DNA of 64,000 bases from Escherichia coli (GTDB taxonomy: Bacteria; Pseudomonadota; Gammaproteobacteria; Enterobacterales; Enterobacteriaceae). Of the stretch, positions 30,452-42,669 are shown one piece after another; the stretch's first letter is position 1; each line of letters begins with the position of its first letter. The stretch lies in NCBI RefSeq assembly GCF_003018255.1, contig NZ_CP027440.1. One strand, written 5' to 3'. The notes below the pieces were generated by a model. The model was not told the origin of the DNA. It did no database searches and was given only the letters and a program-made list of their open reading frames with translations. A program made the translations under genes and the position numbers.

Positions 30452-33005
30452 ACCGGTAGGCGATCTGGTCGTTGATTTGAGTCTGGATGCGGCCAGATTT
30501 GACGAGCAGATGGCCAGAGTCAGGCGTCATTTTTCCGGTACGGAAAGTGATGCGAAAAAAACAGCGGCAGTCGTTGAACAGTCGCTGAGCCGACAGGCGC
30601 TGGCTGCACAGAAAGCGGGGATTTCCGTCGGGCAGTATAAAGCCGCCATGCGTATGCTGCCTGCACAGTTCACCGACGTGGCCACGCAGCTTGCAGGCGG
30701 GCAAAGTCCGTGGCTGATCCTGCTGCAACAGGGTGGTCAGGTTAAGGACTCCTTCGGCGGGATGATCCCCATGTTCCGGGGGCTTGCCGGTGCGATCACC
30801 CTGCCGATGGTGGGGGCCACCTCGCTGGCGGTGGCGACCGGTGCGCTGGCGTATGCCTGGTATCAGGGCAACTCAACCCTGTCCGATTTCAACAAAACGC
30901 TGGTCCTTTCCGGCAATCAGGCGGGACTGACGGCAGATCGTATGCTGGTCCTGTCCAGAGCCGGGCAGGCGGCAGGGCTGACGTTTAACCAGACCAGCGA
31001 GTCACTCAGCGCACTGGTCAAGGCGGGGGTAAGCGGTGAGGCTCAGATTGCGTCCATCAGCCAGAGTGTGGCGCGTTTCTCCTCTGTATCCGGCGTGGAG
31101 GTGGACAAGGTCGCTGAAGCCTTCGGGAAGCTGACCACAGACCCGACGTCGGGGCTGACGGCGATGGCACGCCAGTTCCATAACGTGACGGCGGAGCAGA
31201 TTGCGTATGTTGCTCAGTTGCAGCGTTCCGGCGATGAAGCCGGGGCATTGCAGGCGGCGAACGAGGCCGCAACGAAGGGGTTTGATGACCAGACCCGCCG
31301 CCTGAAAGAGAACATGGGCACGCTGGAGACCTGGGCAGAGAGGACAGCGCGGGCATTCAAATCCATGTGGGATGCGGTGCTGGATATTGGTCGTCCTGAT
31401 ACCGCGCAGGAGATGCTGATTAAGGCAGAGGCTGCGTTTAAGAAAGCAGACGACATCTGGAATCTGCGCAAGGATGATTATTTTGTTAACGATGAAGCGC
31501 GGGCGCGTTACTGGGATGATCGTGAAAAGGCCCGTCTTGCGCTTGAAGCCGCCCGAAAGAAGGCTGAGCAGCAGACTCAACAGGACAAAAATGCGCAGCA
31601 GCAGAGCGATACCGAAGCGTCACGGCTGAAATATACCGAAGAGGCGCAGAAGGCTTACGAACGGCTGCAGACGCCGCTGGAGAAATATACCGCCCGTCAG
31701 GAAGAACTGAACAAGGCACTGAAAGACGGGAAAATCCTGCAGGCGGATTACAACACGCTGATGGCGGCGGCGAAAAAGGATTATGAAGCGACGCTGAAAA
31801 AGCCGAAACAGTCCGGCGTGAAGGTGTCTGCGGGCGATCGTCAGGAAGACAGTGCTCATGCTGCCCTGCTGACGCTTCAGGCAGAACTCCGGACGCTGGA
31901 GAAGCATGCCGGAGCGAATGAGAAAATCAGCCAGCAGCGCCGGGATTTGTGGAAGGCGGAGAGTCAGTTCGCGGTACTGGAGGAGGCGGCGCAACGTCGC
32001 CAGCTGTCTGCACAGGAGAAATCCCTGCTGGCGCATAAAGATGAGACGCTGGAGTACAAACGCCAGCTGGCTGCACTTGGCGACAAGGTCACCTATCAGG
32101 AGCGCCTGAACGCGCTGGCGCAGCAGGCGGATAAATTCGCACAGCAGCAACGGGCAAAACGGGCCGCCATTGATGCGAAAAGCCGGGGGCTGACTGACCG
32201 GCAGGCAGAACGGGAAGCCACGGAACAGCGCCTGAAGGAACAGTATGGCGATAATCCGCTGGCGCTGAATAACGTCATGTCAGAGCAGAAAAAGACCTGG
32301 GCGGCTGAAGACCAGCTTCGCGGGAGCTGGATGGCAGGCCTGAAGTCCGGCTGGAGTGAGTGGGAAGAGAGCGCCACGGACAGTATGTCGCAGGTTAAAA
32401 GTGCAGCCACGCAGACCTTTGATGGTATTGCACAGAATATGGCGGCGATGCTGACCGGCAGTGAGCAGAACTGGCGCAGCTTCACCCGTTCCGTACTGTC
32501 CATGATGACAGAAATTCTGCTTAAGCAGGCAATGGTGGGGATTGTCGGGAGTATCGGCAGCGCCATTGGCGGGGCTGTTGGTGGCGGCGCATCAGCGTCA
32601 GGCGGTACAGCCATTCAGGCAGCTGCGGCGAAATTCCATTTTGCGACCGGAGGATTTACGGGAACCGGCGGCAAATATGAGCCAGCGGGGATTGTTCACC
32701 GTGGTGAATTTGTCTTCACTAAGGAGGCAACCAGCCGGATTGGCGTGGGGAATCTCTACCGGCTGATGCGCGGCTATGCCACCGGCGGTTATGTCGGTAC
32801 ACCGGGCAGCATGGCGGACAGCCGCTCGCAGGCGTCCGGGAAGTTTGAGCAGAATAACCATGTGGTGATTAACAACGACGGCACGAACGGTCAGATAGGG
32901 CCACAGGCGCTGAAGGCGGTTTATGACGTAGCCCGTAAGGCGGCAATGGATGTTGTGACCGGGCAGATGCGCGATGGTGGTCTGTTCTCCGGAGGTGGAC
33001 GATGA
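30444..33005 (+). CDS. H: tape measure protein H
   Basis: 853 aa, same length as lambda gpH, Ala/Gln-rich coiled-coil, ...GGLFSGGGR end. Confidence 0.96.
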   Translation: MAEPVGDLVVDLSLDAARFDEQMARVRRHFSGTESDAKKTAAVVEQSLSRQALAAQKAGISVGQYKAAMRMLPAQFTDVATQLAGGQSPWLILLQQGGQVKDSFGGMIPMFRGLAGAITLPMVGATSLAVATGALAYAWYQGNSTLSDFNKTLVLSGNQAGLTADRMLVLSRAGQAAGLTFNQTSESLSALVKAGVSGEAQIASISQSVARFSSVSGVEVDKVAEAFGKLTTDPTSGLTAMARQFHNVTAEQIAYVAQLQRSGDEAGALQAANEAATKGFDDQTRRLKENMGTLETWAERTARAFKSMWDAVLDIGRPDTAQEMLIKAEAAFKKADDIWNLRKDDYFVNDEARARYWDDREKARLALEAARKKAEQQTQQDKNAQQQSDTEASRLKYTEEAQKAYERLQTPLEKYTARQEELNKALKDGKILQADYNTLMAAAKKDYEATLKKPKQSGVKVSAGDRQEDSAHAALLTLQAELRTLEKHAGANEKISQQRRDLWKAESQFAVLEEAAQRRQLSAQEKSLLAHKDETLEYKRQLAALGDKVTYQERLNALAQQADKFAQQQRAKRAAIDAKSRGLTDRQAEREATEQRLKEQYGDNPLALNNVMSEQKKTWAAEDQLRGSWMAGLKSGWSEWEESATDSMSQVKSAATQTFDGIAQNMAAMLTGSEQNWRSFTRSVLSMMTEILLKQAMVGIVGSIGSAIGGAVGGGASASGGTAIQAAAAKFHFATGGFTGTGGKYEPAGIVHRGEFVFTKEATSRIGVGNLYRLMRGYATGGYVGTPGSMADSRSQASGKFEQNNHVVINNDGTNGQIGPQALKAVYDVARKAAMDVVTGQMRDGGLFSGGGR

Positions 33006-33331
33006 AAACCTTCCGCTGGAAAGTGAAACCCGGTATGGATGTGGCTTCGGCCCCTTCCGTAAGAAAGGTGCGCTTTGGTGATGGCTATTCTCAGCGAGCG
33101 CCTGCCGGGCTGAATGCCGACCTGAAAACGTACAGCGTGACGCTTTCTGTTCCCCGTTGGGAGGCCACGGCGCTTGAGTCGTTTCTGGCTGAGCACGGGG
33201 GCTGGAAATCCTTTCTGTGGACGCCGCCTTATGAGTGGCGGCAGATAAAGGTGACCTGCGCAAAATGGTCGTCGCGGGTCAGTATGCTGCGTGTTGAGTT
33301 CAGCGCAGAGTTTGAACAGGTGGTGAACTGA
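33002..33331 (+). CDS. M: minor tail protein M
   Basis: 109 aa = lambda gpM, MKTFRWKVKPGMDVASAPSVRKVRFGDGYSQRAPAGLNA... Confidence 0.95.
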   Translation: MKTFRWKVKPGMDVASAPSVRKVRFGDGYSQRAPAGLNADLKTYSVTLSVPRWEATALESFLAEHGGWKSFLWTPPYEWRQIKVTCAKWSSRVSMLRVEFSAEFEQVVN

Positions 33332-34029
33332 TGCAGGATATCCGGCAGGAAACACTGAATGAATGCACCCGTGCGGAGCAGTCGGCCAGCGTGGTGCTCT
33401 GGGAAATCGATCTGACAGAGGTCGGTGGAGAACGTTATTTTTTCTGTAATGAGCAGAACGAAAAAGGTGAGCCGGTCACCTGGCAGGGGCGACAGTATCA
33501 GCCGTATCCCATTCAGGGGAGTGGTTTTGAACTGAATGGCAAAGGCACCAGTACGCGCCCCACGCTGACGGTTTCTAACCTGTACGGTATGGTCACCGGG
33601 ATGGCGGAAGATCTGCAGAGTCTGGTCGGCGGAACGGTGGTCCGGCGTAAGGTTTACGCCCGTTTTCTGGATGCGGTGAACTTCGTCAACGGAAACAGTG
33701 ACGCCGATCCGGAGCAGGAGGTGATCAGCCGCTGGCGCATTGAGCAGTGCAGCGAACTGAGCGCGGTGAGTGCCTCTTTTGTACTGTCCACGCCGACGGA
33801 AACGGACGGCGCTGTTTTTCCGGGACGTATCATGCTGGCCAACACCTGCACCTGGACCTATCGCGGTGATGAGTGCGGTTATCACGGTCCGGCTGTCGCT
33901 GATGAATATGACCAGCCGACGTCCGATATCACGAAGGATAAATGCAGCAAATGCCTGAGTGGTTGTAAGTTTCGCAATAACGTCGGCAACTTTGGCGGCT
34001 TCCTTTCCATTAACAAACTTTCGCAGTAA
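33331..34029 (+). CDS. L: minor tail protein L
   Basis: 232 aa = lambda gpL, with the C-terminal Cys cluster (CTWTYRGDECGY...CSKCLSGC). Confidence 0.95.
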   Translation: MQDIRQETLNECTRAEQSASVVLWEIDLTEVGGERYFFCNEQNEKGEPVTWQGRQYQPYPIQGSGFELNGKGTSTRPTLTVSNLYGMVTGMAEDLQSLVGGTVVRRKVYARFLDAVNFVNGNSDADPEQEVISRWRIEQCSELSAVSASFVLSTPTETDGAVFPGRIMLANTCTWTYRGDECGYHGPAVADEYDQPTSDITKDKCSKCLSGCKFRNNVGNFGGFLSINKLSQ

Positions 34030-34033
34030 TCCC

Positions 34034-36132
<2,099 letters not shown>

Positions 36133-36150
36133 ATTTTATAACCCAGAACG

Positions 36151-36174
36151 GGCGTCAGAAATGACGCCTTTTTT
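36151..36174 (+). terminator. rho-independent terminator after J
   Basis: GGCGTCA-GAAA-TGACGCC followed by TTTTTT. Confidence 0.7.
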
Positions 36175-36198
36175 ATTGCAGAAAAGCGAGAGGTAATT

Positions 36199-36798
36199 AT
36201 GCGTAAACTTTATGCCGCCATTTTGTCCGCAGCCATTTGTCTGGCCGTATCCGGTGCGCCTGCATGGGCATCTGAACATCAGTCCACGCTGAGCGCGGGG
36301 TATCTTCATGCCCGGACCAACGTTCCCGGCAGTGATGATCTGAACGGGATTAACGTGAAATACCGTTATGAGTTTACGGATACGCTGGGGCTGGTGACGT
36401 CATTCAGCTATGCAGGAGACAAGAATCGCCAGCTGACCCGTTACAGCGATACCCGCTGGCATGAAGATTCCGTGCGTAACCGCTGGTTCAGCGTGATGGC
36501 GGGGCCGTCTGTGCGCGTGAATGAATGGTTCAGCGCGTATGCGATGGCGGGTATGGCTTACAGCCGTGTTTCGACTTTTTCCGGGGATTACCTTCGCGTA
36601 ACTGACAACAAGGGGAAAACGCACGATGTGCTGACCGGAAGTGTTGACGGTCGCCACAGCAACACGTCTCTGGCGTGGGGGGCTGGCGTGCAGTTTAACC
36701 CGACCGAATCCGTGGCCATTGATGTCGCTTATGAAGGTTCCGGCAGTGGTGACTGGCGCACTGACGGGTTCATCGTGGGTGTTGGTTATAAATTCTGA
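36199..36798 (+). CDS. lom: Lom outer-membrane beta-barrel protein (Ail/OmpX family)
   Basis: 199 aa with a signal peptide, ...STLSAGYLHARTN...INVKYRYEF...GFIVGVGYKF. Matches lambda Lom. Confidence 0.93.
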   Translation: MRKLYAAILSAAICLAVSGAPAWASEHQSTLSAGYLHARTNVPGSDDLNGINVKYRYEFTDTLGLVTSFSYAGDKNRQLTRYSDTRWHEDSVRNRWFSVMAGPSVRVNEWFSAYAMAGMAYSRVSTFSGDYLRVTDNKGKTHDVLTGSVDGRHSNTSLAWGAGVQFNPTESVAIDVAYEGSGSGDWRTDGFIVGVGYKF

Positions 36799-36824
36799 TT
36801 AGCCAGGTAACACAGCGTTATGAC

Positions 36825-36852
36825 AGCCCGCCGGTTCAGGCGGGCTTTTTTG
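36825..36852 (+). terminator. rho-independent terminator after lom
   Basis: AGCCCGCC-GGTTCA-GGCGGGCT followed by TTTTTT. Confidence 0.75.
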
Positions 36853-36862
36853 TGGGGTGAAT

Positions 36863-39778
36863 ATGGCAGTAAAGATTTCAGGTGTACTGAAAGACGGCAC
36901 AGGAAAACCGGTACAGAACTGCACAATCCAGCTGAAAGCAAAACGTAACAGTACCACGGTGGTGGTGAACACGCTGGCCTCAGAAAATCCGGATGAAGCC
37001 GGGCGTTACAGCATGGACGTTGAGTACGGTCAGTACAGCGTTATTCTGTTGGTGGAGGGATTCCCGCCGTCACATGCCGGGACCATCACCGTGTATGAAG
37101 ATTCTCAACCCGGTACGCTGAATGATTTTCTCGGTGCCATGACGGAGGATGATGCCCGTCCGGAGGCACTGCGTCGTTTTGAACTGATGGTGGAAGAGGT
37201 GGCGCGTAACGCGTCCGCGGTGGCACAGAACACGGCAGCCGCAAAGAAGTCAGCCAGCGATGCCAGCACATCTGCCCGTGAGGCGGCAACCCGTGCGACT
37301 GATGCTGCAGGCTCAGCACGCGCAGCCAGCACGTCAGCCGGACAGGCCGCGTCGTCGGCTCAGTCAGCGTCTTCCAGCGCAGGAACGGCATCAACAAAGG
37401 CCACTGAAGCATCAAAAAGTGCTGCCGCTGCTGAGTCCTCAAAAAGCGCGGCGGCCACCAGTGCCGGTGCGGCGAAAACGTCAGAAACGAATGCGGCAGC
37501 GTCACAACAATCAGCAGCCACTTCTGCATCCACCGCGACCACGAAAGCGTCAGAAGCTGCCACCTCAGCCCGGGATGCGTCGGCTTCAAAAGAGGCGGCA
37601 AAATTATCAGAAACGAGCGCAGCCTCGAGCGCCAGTAGTGCAGCCTCCTCGGCAACGGCAGCAGGCAATTCCGCGAAGGCGGCCAAAACGTCTGAGACAA
37701 ACGCTAAGTCCTCTGAAACGGCAGCAGAACAGAGTGCCTCCGCAGCAGCAGGCTCAAAAACAGCGGCTGCATTATCTGCCAGTGCCGCGTCAACAAGTGC
37801 CGGGCAGGCCTCAGCCAGTGCCACCGCCGCCGGAAAATCGGCAGAAAGTGCTGCATCGTCTGCTTCAACAGCCACAACGAATGCTGGCGAAGCCGCTGTA
37901 CAGGCCAGCGCAGCAGCGAGGTCTGCTTCCGCAGCGAAGACATCCGAGACGAACGCGAAAGCGTCGGAAACCAGCGCAGAATCCTCAAAAACGGCTGCCG
38001 CATCGTCCGCCAGTTCGGCGGCGTCATCGGCATCATCTGCGTCTGCTTCAAAAGATGAGGCGACCAGACAGGCGTCAGCAGCAAAGGGCAGCGCCACGAC
38101 GGCATCCACGAAGGCGACAGAGGCAGCTGGCAGTGCGACGGCGGCAGCTCAGAGCAAAAGTACGGCGGAATCCGCGGCAACGCGCGCCGAGACAGCGGCA
38201 AAACGGGCAGAGGATATTGCATCCGCCGTGGCGCTTGAGGATGCGAGCACGACGAAAAAGGGGATAGTACAACTCAGCAGTGCGACTAACAGCACTTCCG
38301 AGTCACTGGCGGCAACGCCAAAAGCCGTTAAGGCCGCGTATGAGCTGGCTAACGGGAAATACACCGCACAGGATGCAACGACAGCACAGAAAGGGATAGT
38401 TCAGCTTAGCAACGCGACCAACAGCACATCTGAAATGCTGGCGGCAACGCCAAAGTCGGTAAAGGCAGCCTATGACCTTGCTAACGGGAAATATACTGCT
38501 CAGGACGCTACGACAGCACAAAAAGGAATTGTCCAGCTCAGTAGTGCAACCAACAGCGCATCTGAAACGCTTGCCGCGACACCGAAAGCAGTGAAAGCAG
38601 CTAATGATAATGCGAATGGTCGGGTACCTTCTGCCCGTAAGGTGAATGGTAAGGCGCTTTCATCGGATATAACACTGACGCCGAAAGATATTGGTACGCT
38701 TAACTCAACAACAATGTCATTCAGCGGTGGTGCTGGTTGGTTCAAATTAGCAACGGTAACCATGCCACAGGCGAGTTCTGTTGTTTCAATTACGTTGATT
38801 GGTGGCGCGGGATTTAACGTGGGGTCACCTCAACAGGCAGGTATATCTGAACTTGTTTTGCGTGCAGGTAATGGTAATCCGAAGGGGATTACTGGTGCTT
38901 TATGGCAGCGCACATCGACAGGGTTTACAAATTTTGCCTGGGTCAATACATCTGGTGATACTTACGATATTTACGTTGCAATCGGAAATTATGCGACTGG
39001 TGTAAATATTCAATGGGATTATACCAGTAATGCCAGCGTGACGATTCATACGTCACCAGCATATTCTGCTAATAAGCCGGAAGGGTTAACGGACGGTACA
39101 GTTTATTCACTCTATACGCCATCAGAGCAGTTTTATCCGCCTGGCGCACCAATCCCGTGGCCATCAGATACCGTTCCGTCTGGCTATGCCCTGATGCAGG
39201 GGCAGACTTTTGACAAATCTGCATACCCGAAACTTGCAGCCGCTTATCCGTCAGGCGTGATCCCTGATATGCGTGGCTGGACGATTAAGGGCAAACCTGC
39301 CAGTGGTCGGGCCGTATTGTCTCAGGAACAGGACGGCATTAAATCGCACACCCACAGCGCCAGCGCATCCAGTACGGAATTGGGGACGAAAACCACATCG
39401 TCGTTTGATTACGGCACTAAATCCACGAATAACACCGGGGCGCACACGCACAGTGTGAGCGGTACAGCCGCAAGTGCCGGAAACCATACTCATAGTGTCA
39501 CAGGCGCATCAGCAGTCAGCCAGTGGTCACAAAATGGGTCAGTACATAAGGTAGTGTCTGCGGCCAGTGTGAATACAAGTGCTGCAGGAGCGCACACTCA
39601 TAGTGTCAGCGGCACAGCTGCATCTGCAGGTGCTCACGCACATACTGTCGGTATTGGTGCTCATACGCACTCTGTTGCGATTGGCTCACATGGACACACC
39701 ATCACCGTTAACGCTGCTGGTAACGCGGAAAACACCGTCAAAAACATCGCATTTAACTACATTGTGAGGCTTGCATAA
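36863..39778 (+). CDS. stf: side tail fibre protein Stf (full length)
   Basis: [37 protein letters not shown]... = lambda Stf N-terminus. It has a long Ala/Ser/Thr-rich shaft, three tail-fibre repeats and a C-terminal HxH repeat region. Confidence 0.92.
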   Translation: MAVKISGVLKDGTGKPVQNCTIQLKAKRNSTTVVVNTLASENPDEAGRYSMDVEYGQYSVILLVEGFPPSHAGTITVYEDSQPGTLNDFLGAMTEDDARPEALRRFELMVEEVARNASAVAQNTAAAKKSASDASTSAREAATRATDAAGSARAASTSAGQAASSAQSASSSAGTASTKATEASKSAAAAESSKSAAATSAGAAKTSETNAAASQQSAATSASTATTKASEAATSARDASASKEAAKLSETSAASSASSAASSATAAGNSAKAAKTSETNAKSSETAAEQSASAAAGSKTAAALSASAASTSAGQASASATAAGKSAESAASSASTATTNAGEAAVQASAAARSASAAKTSETNAKASETSAESSKTAAASSASSAASSASSASASKDEATRQASAAKGSATTASTKATEAAGSATAAAQSKSTAESAATRAETAAKRAEDIASAVALEDASTTKKGIVQLSSATNSTSESLAATPKAVKAAYELANGKYTAQDATTAQKGIVQLSNATNSTSEMLAATPKSVKAAYDLANGKYTAQDATTAQKGIVQLSSATNSASETLAATPKAVKAANDNANGRVPSARKVNGKALSSDITLTPKDIGTLNSTTMSFSGGAGWFKLATVTMPQASSVVSITLIGGAGFNVGSPQQAGISELVLRAGNGNPKGITGALWQRTSTGFTNFAWVNTSGDTYDIYVAIGNYATGVNIQWDYTSNASVTIHTSPAYSANKPEGLTDGTVYSLYTPSEQFYPPGAPIPWPSDTVPSGYALMQGQTFDKSAYPKLAAAYPSGVIPDMRGWTIKGKPASGRAVLSQEQDGIKSHTHSASASSTELGTKTTSSFDYGTKSTNNTGAHTHSVSGTAASAGNHTHSVTGASAVSQWSQNGSVHKVVSAASVNTSAAGAHTHSVSGTAASAGAHAHTVGIGAHTHSVAIGSHGHTITVNAAGNAENTVKNIAFNYIVRLA
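38258..38620 (+). repeat. 2.75 tandem copies of a 132-bp (44-aa) phage tail-fibre repeat inside stf
   Basis: KGIVQLS(S/N)ATNS(T/A)SE(S/M/T)LAATPK(A/S)VKAAY(E/D)[15 protein letters not shown] starting at 38258, 38390 and 38522. Confidence 0.9.
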
Positions 39779-40362
39779 TGGCATTCAGAATGAGTGAACA
39801 ACCACGGACCATAAAAATTTATAATCTGCTGGCCGGAACTAATGAATTTATTGGTGAAGGTGACGCATATATTCCGCCTCATACAGGTCTGCCAGCAAAC
39901 AGTACCTATATTGCACCGCCAGATATTCCGGCTGGCTTCGTGGCTGTTTTCAACAGTGATGAGGCATCGTGGCATCTCGTTGAAGATCATCGGGGTAAAA
40001 CGGTTTATGACGTGGCTTCCGGCGACGCGTTATTTATTTCTGAACTCGGCTCATTACCGGAAAATGTCACCTGGTTATCCCCGGAAGGGGAGTTTCAGAA
40101 GTGGAACGGCACAGCCTGGGTGAAAGATGCAGAAGCAGAAAAACTATTCCGGATCCGGGAGGCGGAAGAAACAAAAAACAGCCTGATGCAGGCAGCGAAT
40201 GAGCATATTGCGCCACTTCAGGATGCTGTGGATCTGGAGATCGCAACGGAAGAAGAGGCGTCGTTGCTGGCAGCATGGAAGAAGTATCGGGTGTTGCTGA
40301 ACCGTGTTGATACATCAGTAGCACCGGATATTGAGTGGCCTGCTGTCCCTGTTATGGAGTAA
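39778..40362 (+). CDS. tfa: tail fibre assembly chaperone Tfa
   Basis: 194 aa, [43 protein letters not shown]...EWPAVPVME = lambda Tfa. Confidence 0.95.
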   Translation: MAFRMSEQPRTIKIYNLLAGTNEFIGEGDAYIPPHTGLPANSTYIAPPDIPAGFVAVFNSDEASWHLVEDHRGKTVYDVASGDALFISELGSLPENVTWLSPEGEFQKWNGTAWVKDAEAEKLFRIREAEETKNSLMQAANEHIAPLQDAVDLEIATEEEASLLAAWKKYRVLLNRVDTSVAPDIEWPAVPVME

Positions 40363-40465
40363 TCGTTTTGAGATACGCCGCATACACGTTGTATGCAATA
40401 ACGTGCTGCGGCTTGGTAAATTTTAGCTAGTTTCAGCAGGAGACATAAAAAACTTCAATATAAGA

Positions 40466-41254
40466 TTAAGCATCACGTATTGCCAATCTGATTTTTGACT
40501 GATACCAATTGGGGCCTTCTGCAATTATTTCTTCCTCAACATGCATGATGGGATGCATTTCAATTTCAGAGTTTTTGACTTTTAGATCTAGTCCATATTT
40601 TTTTGAAATTTGTAAAACTTCATTTTTGAAATCCTTATCTGCGAAAGGTGAAATCCTTATTTCTTCCAACAGATTGTTAAGAGATACAGGGACTAGTTTT
40701 CCCTTTACAGGTGGAGTGTTAAAGGTATTCTCTTGAAAAATAGCTCTAAACTCTTTTTCGTATTCGAAAGATGGTCTCTTGTTAAAGAATACATCTGATT
40801 CTGGATTGTATTGTTTTATCCAGAAATTTTTGACGTATTTTACGTGTTTTAATTGTAGTTTGTTTAAATTATTATTTTCAAGTTGGCTTTGGAGGTTTTT
40901 TTTCTTTGATTTTATGACAACGCCTTTAGCGGGGTTTTTACAATACAGCTTCCACATAGCTTCAGATTCATGTTCGTTACAATGCCAGCAACTTATATAT
41001 GTCCTCTCGCTTATTTCCTTAAGTGTCTTTAAATTGAATGCCATGAAAGGATCTAAGTCCATGCCGGCACCATGAGTAGCGCATAGTTTTTCCTGTGTCT
41101 CAATGAATTTTTTATAGCCAGTATGTCCCCAAGCAAATTCACCTTCGAATGGATCTTCAAAATTTTTTGCTGAGCAAAAAAATAAAGCATTTTGTTCGAG
41201 TAACATAGAGAATTTCTCTATGTCAAGGTATCGCCATATATACTCAGTGTGCAT
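40466..41254 (-). CDS. DUF2971-like protein (262 aa), accessory b-region gene
   Basis: IWRYLDIEKFSMLLEQNALFFCSAKNFEDPFEGEF and YISCWHCNEHESEAMWKLYC match my recollection of the DUF2971 signature (FNDPFE ... S.W...ES.AMW..Y). AAGGAG lies 6 nt before the ATG at 41254. AT-rich. Confidence 0.65.
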   Translation of the reverse strand: MHTEYIWRYLDIEKFSMLLEQNALFFCSAKNFEDPFEGEFAWGHTGYKKFIETQEKLCATHGAGMDLDPFMAFNLKTLKEISERTYISCWHCNEHESEAMWKLYCKNPAKGVVIKSKKKNLQSQLENNNLNKLQLKHVKYVKNFWIKQYNPESDVFFNKRPSFEYEKEFRAIFQENTFNTPPVKGKLVPVSLNNLLEEIRISPFADKDFKNEVLQISKKYGLDLKVKNSEIEMHPIMHVEEEIIAEGPNWYQSKIRLAIRDA

Positions 41255-41380
41255 GATAGCTCCTTGCAATATAACTATTTCTATCTGTTCATTTGTACTT
41301 AAAAAGGATTGAGTAGCCTGAACAGTTCTATCCGTAAATATACCAGATAGAAGAGTTGTACAATAACAAATCCTCCGTAT

Positions 41381-41421
41381 AAGAACCAGCCATAATAGTC
41401 TGGTTCTTAAGGTTTTTTTTT
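41381..41421 (+). terminator. hairpin plus T9 tract (plus-strand terminator-like) between the two minus-strand accessory genes
   Basis: AAGAACCAG-CCATAATAGT-CTGGTTCTT, then AAGG and nine T (41413-41421). Confidence 0.4.
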
Positions 41422-41427
41422 GTTCGA

Positions 41428-41437
41428 GGGGGGGGGG
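41428..41437. repeat. G10 homopolymer tract
   Basis: Ten consecutive G, 30 nt downstream of the 400-aa gene's stop and ~175 nt upstream of the DUF2971-like gene's start. Confidence 0.9.
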
Positions 41438-41466
41438 CTACGATTCGTCCCCATATCGGCGATAAA

Positions 41467-42669
41467 TTAGGCTTGTACCAACGCTTCTGTTTCTGTGAGT
41501 GAAATCTGATAGCGTTTTACTGCCTCAGCAAAGGCGTGCGCGGCATCTGCATTTGATACCATATATTCTTCAGTTACCCCTGTTTGAGAATGGAAAGTAA
41601 TATTTCCATAAATGCAAATAGGGATTTGGTAGTTGTCTTTAAAACGACGGTCTGGTGAGCCATTCTTATTCGTTTTCGCCCATGTATAACCATCTATGCG
41701 TGAGTCACTGGGAACACCTTCTTCCTCATGGAATCTTAGATATTCTGAACTAATTTGTAATTCGCGTAAATCAATCAGAGCGAATGCTCCATCAGCTCGT
41801 GGTATGACTGCAACTCCAGGATAAAGCAAAATATCGTCTCCATTTACATTTTCAAACCTCATCGCACGCCCTGTAAATTGAATGAGATCCGTTGAACTAA
41901 AATCAAAGGTAACTGGGTGACGATTAACAGACCGGGTTGCTAATGTTCTTTCAGCAAACTGGTCTGTAGCTTTATCTGCAGTAATATCCCATTTTTTGAC
42001 ACTCGATTTTAACATATCAAATGCATGGACCATCGCTGCATATGCGCGCTGTGAAGCATCACTGCTCTCGAATGTTATGGCTATTTTTGTGCTGTCTTCC
42101 CATGAAACTAGGCGAGATATCTCAGCTTGGGTTAGGGGGAGTAGTGTCTCAAGTTCTGCGATGCGTCGTTTGTAAAACCAACGGAATAGACTTGATTTGC
42201 GTCGAGCCAGCTCGCTTTTTTGTTTTGATTCTTCGGCAAGAGCCTCTTGAAGATCTGCTTTTATCTCTGCTCTTTGTTCTCGTGCTTTAGCAATCAAATC
42301 TCGTAAAGGTAAAAGGGAGGTACTTGTAAGGACTTCTACCGAAGCGCTGGATATTTCATTCATGCCAGCTACAGGCATATATATTTTAGCGTTCGATGGT
42401 GTGTTTTCTGGAGATGACCCAGACTCCAAATGAGGTTCTGTAGGGGCTGGATTTAATGGATTGGTAACTGAGTATCCATCATCATAGGGCAAGGTAGGTG
42501 TAGTATAAGATAAGCCTGTGCCCGGTAATCCGACAGTTGCTCTAACCCCTTTTTTACCAACATTGACAGTTGCGCCAGGCACGCCAATGCTTGCACTTAT
42601 TCCACGCTTGCCAATGTTGAGTCGAACGCCAGGAAATAGAGTAAAGGTTTGTCTGAAACGAAGAGACAT
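41467..42669 (-). CDS. DUF4236-like N-terminal domain protein with ~340-aa uncharacterised C-terminal region
   Basis: MSLRFRQTFTLFPGVRLNIGKRGISASIGVPGATVNVGKKGVRATVGLPGTGLSYT matches the remembered DUF4236 repeat pattern. A Pro-rich linker, a predicted coiled-coil (REQRAEIKADLQEALAEESKQKSELARRK) and a beta-rich C-terminus follow. Confidence 0.65.
   Translation of the reverse strand: MSLRFRQTFTLFPGVRLNIGKRGISASIGVPGATVNVGKKGVRATVGLPGTGLSYTTPTLPYDDGYSVTNPLNPAPTEPHLESGSSPENTPSNAKIYMPVAGMNEISSASVEVLTSTSLLPLRDLIAKAREQRAEIKADLQEALAEESKQKSELARRKSSLFRWFYKRRIAELETLLPLTQAEISRLVSWEDSTKIAITFESSDASQRAYAAMVHAFDMLKSSVKKWDITADKATDQFAERTLATRSVNRHPVTFDFSSTDLIQFTGRAMRFENVNGDDILLYPGVAVIPRADGAFALIDLRELQISSEYLRFHEEEGVPSDSRIDGYTWAKTNKNGSPDRRFKDNYQIPICIYGNITFHSQTGVTEEYMVSNADAAHAFAEAVKRYQISLTETEALVQA

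Noticed and set aside
37086-38272. Long ORFs in alternative frames and on the antisense strand within stf (for example 335 aa at 37260-38267 +, 249 aa at 37360-38109 -).
   Set aside because: They lie wholly inside the low-complexity GC-rich Ala/Ser-codon repeat of stf. They translate to Pro/Arg/Gln- or Ala/Asp-rich nonsense, have no SD or independent conservation signal, and are explained by stop-codon depletion.
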